DNA of 64,000 nucleotides from an uncultured Actinomycetota bacterium (lineage in GTDB: Bacteria > Actinomycetota > Actinomycetes > JAHEKZ01), in contig CAVQYR010000001.1 in assembly GCA_963718235.1 (NCBI GenBank), forward strand, positions 32,001 through 96,000. The letters run 5' to 3'. The position numbers were made by a program, and so were the translations under genes. The notes beneath the pieces were generated by a model. The model had not been told where the DNA came from, searched no databases, and saw nothing but the letters and a program-made list of their open reading frames with translations. Positions 60,151-64,000 of the stretch are shown here, piece by piece. The stretch's first letter is position 1; the number at the start of each line of letters is the position of its first letter.

Positions 60151-60764
60151 GTGCTTCCTTGACCCGATGGTTCCTCCCAGACGTACCCGACCTGCTCGGC
60201 ACGCTGAGCGAACAGATCGACGTCACTGCAGAGGGGCTGACCGCCTTCCGCCGATGGGCTGCGGGGGAGCCGGACTGCAGCGACGACGTGCGCGCGGCCG
60301 AGCACGCAGCCGACGACGTCAAGGCCCGGTTCATCCAGACGGTGCGTGAGGCCTTCACCACCCCGCTCGAGCCGGAGGACCTCTTCGAGCTGTCCCGTGG
60401 GCTCGACGAGGTCATCAACGGCGCCAAGAACACCGTGCGTGAGGCCGAGGTCATGCAGCTCACCCCGGACGTCGCCATGTCGGAGATGGCCGAGCTGCTG
60501 AGCGAGGGCGTCAACCACCTCCGCCTCGCCTTCGAGGCGCTGGATGCGAACCACGGCGAGGCCTCGGTCGAGGCGGCCGCGGCGATCAAGACCCAGCGAC
60601 GCCTCGAGCGGGTCTACCGCAGGGCGATGTCGACCCTGATCGACAGTGACGACCTGCGACGGGTCGTGGGCTACCAGGAGCTCTACCGACGGATGGCCAA
60701 GATCTCCGACGAAGTGGTGGGGGTCGCCGACCGGGTCAACTACTCGGTGGTCAAGGAGTCGTAG
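60147..60764 (+). CDS. DUF47 / PhoU-like Pit accessory protein
   Basis: EHAAD, F.TPLEPEDL..LS..LD; GTGA overlap with pit. Confidence 0.88.
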   Translation: MSASLTRWFLPDVPDLLGTLSEQIDVTAEGLTAFRRWAAGEPDCSDDVRAAEHAADDVKARFIQTVREAFTTPLEPEDLFELSRGLDEVINGAKNTVREAEVMQLTPDVAMSEMAELLSEGVNHLRLAFEALDANHGEASVEAAAAIKTQRRLERVYRRAMSTLIDSDDLRRVVGYQELYRRMAKISDEVVGVADRVNYSVVKES

Positions 60765-61858
60765 GGGTGCGGCGGCTCGTCGCCTCTGCGCCGTAGCCCT
60801 GCGCCGTCCGGCCGCCCTGGGTCGTCGTTGCCCGTGCGGTCGAAGCGGGCGTCGTTCTCCTGGGAGGGCATGCGCTCGTCGATCTGGGCCAGCAGCTGGT
60901 AGGCGCGGTGGTCGGCCGGGAACAGCAGGTTGATGTCGAGCCCCCGTGGCCACAGTCGCCAGGCCCGGACGGCCGAGATCTCCATGGCGATGATCACCGC
61001 CTGCGCGGTGACGTAGAACAGGGTCAAGATGCCGATCACGGTGGCGAAGACCCCGTACACCGCTGTGGCGTTGGCCACGAGCCGAGCCAGGACCTGACCG
61101 CCGACCGTGAACACCAGTGCCGCGACGACGCCGCCCAGCACGCAGCCCAGCAGGTACTCGTCGCGGAGCACGGCACGCGCGGTGAGAACCTTGGTCGCCA
61201 CCACGAGCACCGCCGCTGCCACGACCGCGGCGGCAACGGTCAGTCCGACCCGGTTGACGACCGACAGCTGAGTCACGGTCGCCGCCACCACGCCCGCCGC
61301 GGCGACCGTCAGAGCACCGAGCCCAAGGACGACGAGCGTGATGACGACGCGAAGGTAGCGCGGGCCGAACCCGAACCTCTGCCTCCAGGGGACCGCCCAG
61401 ATCTGGTTCAGCGCAACGTAGAGCGCGAACACCCCACCCATCCCCGCCAGGAGGAGGCCGACCAGACCGACGACCAAAGGCAGCCCACCGGACGGCAGCT
61501 GTTCGTAGGAGTTGAGGATGTCGTCGGAGTAGTTCGGGCCGAAGAGCTGTTCGAGCAGGTCGTTGCGCAGCTGCTCGTTGCCCTGCAGCACGAGCGTCAA
61601 CAGTGCCACGAACACCAGAGCCAGAGGGAACAGGCTCAAGAACCCGTAGTACGTCAGCAGGGCGGCCAGCCGGCTGCCGCCGTCGTCGGAGTACTTCTTG
61701 AAGACCGCGTACGGGAAGCCACCCCACCAGAGTCGGGCCTGCGTTCGGTCAGCGGCCGCACTCGTGCCGAGCACGACGCGCTCGACCTTGCCGACGACAC
61801 CGGAGTGAGAAGGAGCGGTACCCATGGGCGGCTCGGCCGCCCGCTCGTCGTCGCTCAC
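60740..61858 (-). CDS. YihY/BrkB family membrane protein
   Basis: D.GSRLAALLTYYGFLSLFPL, AVYGVFA. Confidence 0.88.
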   Translation of the reverse strand: MSDDERAAEPPMGTAPSHSGVVGKVERVVLGTSAAADRTQARLWWGGFPYAVFKKYSDDGGSRLAALLTYYGFLSLFPLALVFVALLTLVLQGNEQLRNDLLEQLFGPNYSDDILNSYEQLPSGGLPLVVGLVGLLLAGMGGVFALYVALNQIWAVPWRQRFGFGPRYLRVVITLVVLGLGALTVAAAGVVAATVTQLSVVNRVGLTVAAAVVAAAVLVVATKVLTARAVLRDEYLLGCVLGGVVAALVFTVGGQVLARLVANATAVYGVFATVIGILTLFYVTAQAVIIAMEISAVRAWRLWPRGLDINLLFPADHRAYQLLAQIDERMPSQENDARFDRTGNDDPGRPDGAGLRRRGDEPPHPYDSLTTE

Positions 61859-62030
61859 CCGATATCCCTACCACGCGGGCCTGTCGCAGCAGGGTGACCC
61901 TCTGTCACCGGATGATGTGAAGTTCGATACCTGACACTCTCTAGGGGAAACACGATTCGATCTTGACCGGCGCTGCGGTGAGGTCAAGGCTCCGGCCAAC
62001 AAGCCGGAGTCTGCGACGAGGAGCCCTGTC

Positions 62031-63722
62031 ATGACACGGAGTACCCGAGGCCGCTTGGTCAGCATCATCGCCGCAGGATCCGTGGTGGCCGCCTCCCTCA
62101 TCAGCATGGGCACCGCGCCGAGCAACGCGACGGAGTCGGTGCACCGGCCCACCAAGGTGCTGATCGTGCTCTTCGACCAGATGCGCCCGGAGTACGCCGA
62201 CCGGTTCGACATGCCCAACTTCCGGATGCTGCGAGGCGAGGGGACGAACTTCCGCAACGCCTACCTCGGGTACATGGGCTCGGAGACCGTGATCGCCCAC
62301 AACGTCCTCGTGTCCGGCCAGCAGCCACGGCACATGGGCTGGGTCGACGAGGCCTACCGCGACACGAAGAACCTGCTCGGTGCTGGCGAGAACCAGATGT
62401 GGACGACCGGTGAGCTCACGTACGACCAGTTCGGCACCCTCATCCAGGACGCGGCCTACCCGAAGCTGGCCGACTACCTTCAGCGGTCGCAGCCGGGCAA
62501 GAAGTTCATCGTGGTCGGTCAGAAGGCGTATGCCGTCGACTCCGCGGCCGCGAAGTCGAAGTTCGACACATTCAGCGCGGACATCTCGGTCCGCTTCAGT
62601 GGCCGGTCCGCAAGCACACCAGTCCCCGGCACCGACGACGCGGCGTGCAACGCCACGCTCGGCGGCCGCTACCGAGGTCCGGACGGGGTGAACGTACCGA
62701 CGTACATCAAGGATCCCTTCTGCGGTCGCTACTACGTCAACTCCTCGCTGCCCTACGGCACCAACCTCGCCTTCCCGACCTGGATCTACCCGCTCGACGG
62801 AAACCGGTTCGTCCCTGGCACCGACCCGGCACACCTGGGCGGCGACACGTGGGTTGCCGATGCGGCCATGGACATGATGGAGAACGAGGACTGGTCGGGC
62901 ATGTTCGTCACCATGGGTGGCATCGACAAGGCCGGCCACATGTGGGGCGCCGATGCCGACGTCCAGTCTGCGCCCGGCTCGCTGGACTACCAGACCCACG
63001 TTCAGGCGAACGCCGAGAACGCCGACGTGCAGCTCGGTCGGATGCTGGACAAGCTGGCCGCTCTTGGCCAGCTCGACGACACCCTCGTGGTGCTGACCGC
63101 CGACCACGGAGCGACGCACGGAGCCCAGTTCTACGGCAAGACAGACCCCGGCGGCAGCGCAACGAGCGACACCAACTGGTACTACGGGCCGGACTCCCTG
63201 CCGACCGTCTACAACAACCCGTCGCCCGCGCTGGCCCCGCTGCTCGCCAACGGCAACGTGCAGTTCTCCTACCAGTCCACCTCGATCCAGACCTGGGTGA
63301 CCGACCGCTCCCCCGCGATGCTGAGGGAGTCGACCGAGGCCATGGAGACACTGCCCGGAGTCATTGCCACCTACTGTCGACACGGCGGTCGCTTCGTCTT
63401 GACCGACACCAACCCGATGACAGCTGCTGAGCGCTCGTGGTGGCGCAGGACCGCTCAGCCGATCGTCAACACGATGGCCGCGGCCAACGGTCCCGACGTG
63501 GTCGGGCTCCTGGCAGATGACGTCAGCTACGGCGCCTACGGCGACCACGGCGGCGCGAGTGAGGAGGTGCAGAGGGTGCCAATGGTCTTCTGGTCTCCCT
63601 CGATCGCCTACTCCAACAACACGGGCACCCGGTTCACGACGCCCGACGTCATGCCCACGATTCTGCGGGCCATGGGAATCAGGACGGGCCGCATGGATGG
63701 GACAGCAGTCAGCCTTCGCTGA
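62031..63722 (+). CDS. Secreted alkaline phosphatase superfamily (NPP/PafA-like) enzyme
   Basis: Signal peptide; IVLFDQMR, ETVIAH (candidate Thr nucleophile), DKAGH, TADHG, GDHG, VP.VF. Confidence 0.85.
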   Translation: MTRSTRGRLVSIIAAGSVVAASLISMGTAPSNATESVHRPTKVLIVLFDQMRPEYADRFDMPNFRMLRGEGTNFRNAYLGYMGSETVIAHNVLVSGQQPRHMGWVDEAYRDTKNLLGAGENQMWTTGELTYDQFGTLIQDAAYPKLADYLQRSQPGKKFIVVGQKAYAVDSAAAKSKFDTFSADISVRFSGRSASTPVPGTDDAACNATLGGRYRGPDGVNVPTYIKDPFCGRYYVNSSLPYGTNLAFPTWIYPLDGNRFVPGTDPAHLGGDTWVADAAMDMMENEDWSGMFVTMGGIDKAGHMWGADADVQSAPGSLDYQTHVQANAENADVQLGRMLDKLAALGQLDDTLVVLTADHGATHGAQFYGKTDPGGSATSDTNWYYGPDSLPTVYNNPSPALAPLLANGNVQFSYQSTSIQTWVTDRSPAMLRESTEAMETLPGVIATYCRHGGRFVLTDTNPMTAAERSWWRRTAQPIVNTMAAANGPDVVGLLADDVSYGAYGDHGGASEEVQRVPMVFWSPSIAYSNNTGTRFTTPDVMPTILRAMGIRTGRMDGTAVSLR

Positions 63723-63747
63723 CCACGATCGATGCGCCCCAGGCCCC

Positions 63748-64000
63748 TCAGACGACCTGGACGTTGACGCCGCTCATCCGAGCGTGGGAGACCACGTGCA
63801 GGTGGGGTGCGTCGTCGGGCAGCACGACGTCGGACGCGGGCAGGTTCAGTCCGGTCGTGGGGCTGGTCGCCTCGGCGGTCACCCGCCAGTCGGCCGGTAC
63901 CTGGACGTTCAGGCCGCCCATCATGCCGTGGACGTCGATCGTGGCTCCGCCCGGCGCCAACCGCGAACCGGTCAGGTCGATGTTCACCCCGCCCATACCG
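63748..64000 (-). CDS. C-terminal part of a LiaF/DUF2154-like protein, truncated by window edge
   Basis: MGGVNIDL, MMGGLNVQVPADWRV, MSGV.V. Confidence 0.65.
   Translation of the reverse strand, partial: GMGGVNIDLTGSRLAPGGATIDVHGMMGGLNVQVPADWRVTAEATSPTTGLNLPASDVVLPDDAPHLHVVSHARMSGVNVQVV

Noticed and set aside
61860-62030. Riboswitch or ncRNA upstream of the phosphatase
   Set aside because: Only short hairpins; no recognisable family motif

Overview
High-GC actinobacterial chromosomal window with about 60 genes and no rRNA, tRNA, CRISPR array or intact transposase visible. The backbone is the conserved actinobacterial locus ygfZ-fur-FABP-[DUF4395, Cys-rich leader peptide, thioredoxin]-moaD-glnR-mshD-ppk1-CHAD-mutT1-pit-pstSCAB. 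It is interrupted by two accessory blocks. (1) An ~8.6 kb sulfur/redox cassette (15211-23771) encodes a Tat-less molybdopterin oxidoreductase, a fused 4x[4Fe-4S]/NrfD membrane subunit, TusA, a DsrE2-type protein, a rhodanese-MBL (persulfide dioxygenase-like) fusion, SulP and an ArsR. It is bracketed exactly by two direct copies of a 68-bp palindromic element (62/68 identical), and a TGCGCAT(A/C)TA motif occurs in both of its divergent promoters. This is the best candidate for an undescribed system, possibly membrane-coupled sulfane-sulfur/sulfite handling. (2) An arsR-arsP-thioredoxin-like-acr3 operon without arsC lies between mshD and ppk1. Features missed by the ORF track include a 25-aa Cys-rich leader peptide, a 33-aa membrane peptide, a 35-aa sORF behind four PHO-box units, a DUF559 remnant apparently replacing the expected sulfurtransferase genes, a GNAT pseudogene and a second short palindromic repeat pair. 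Several single-base frameshifts look like sequencing or assembly errors. All functional calls come from motif recognition; no database search was run.
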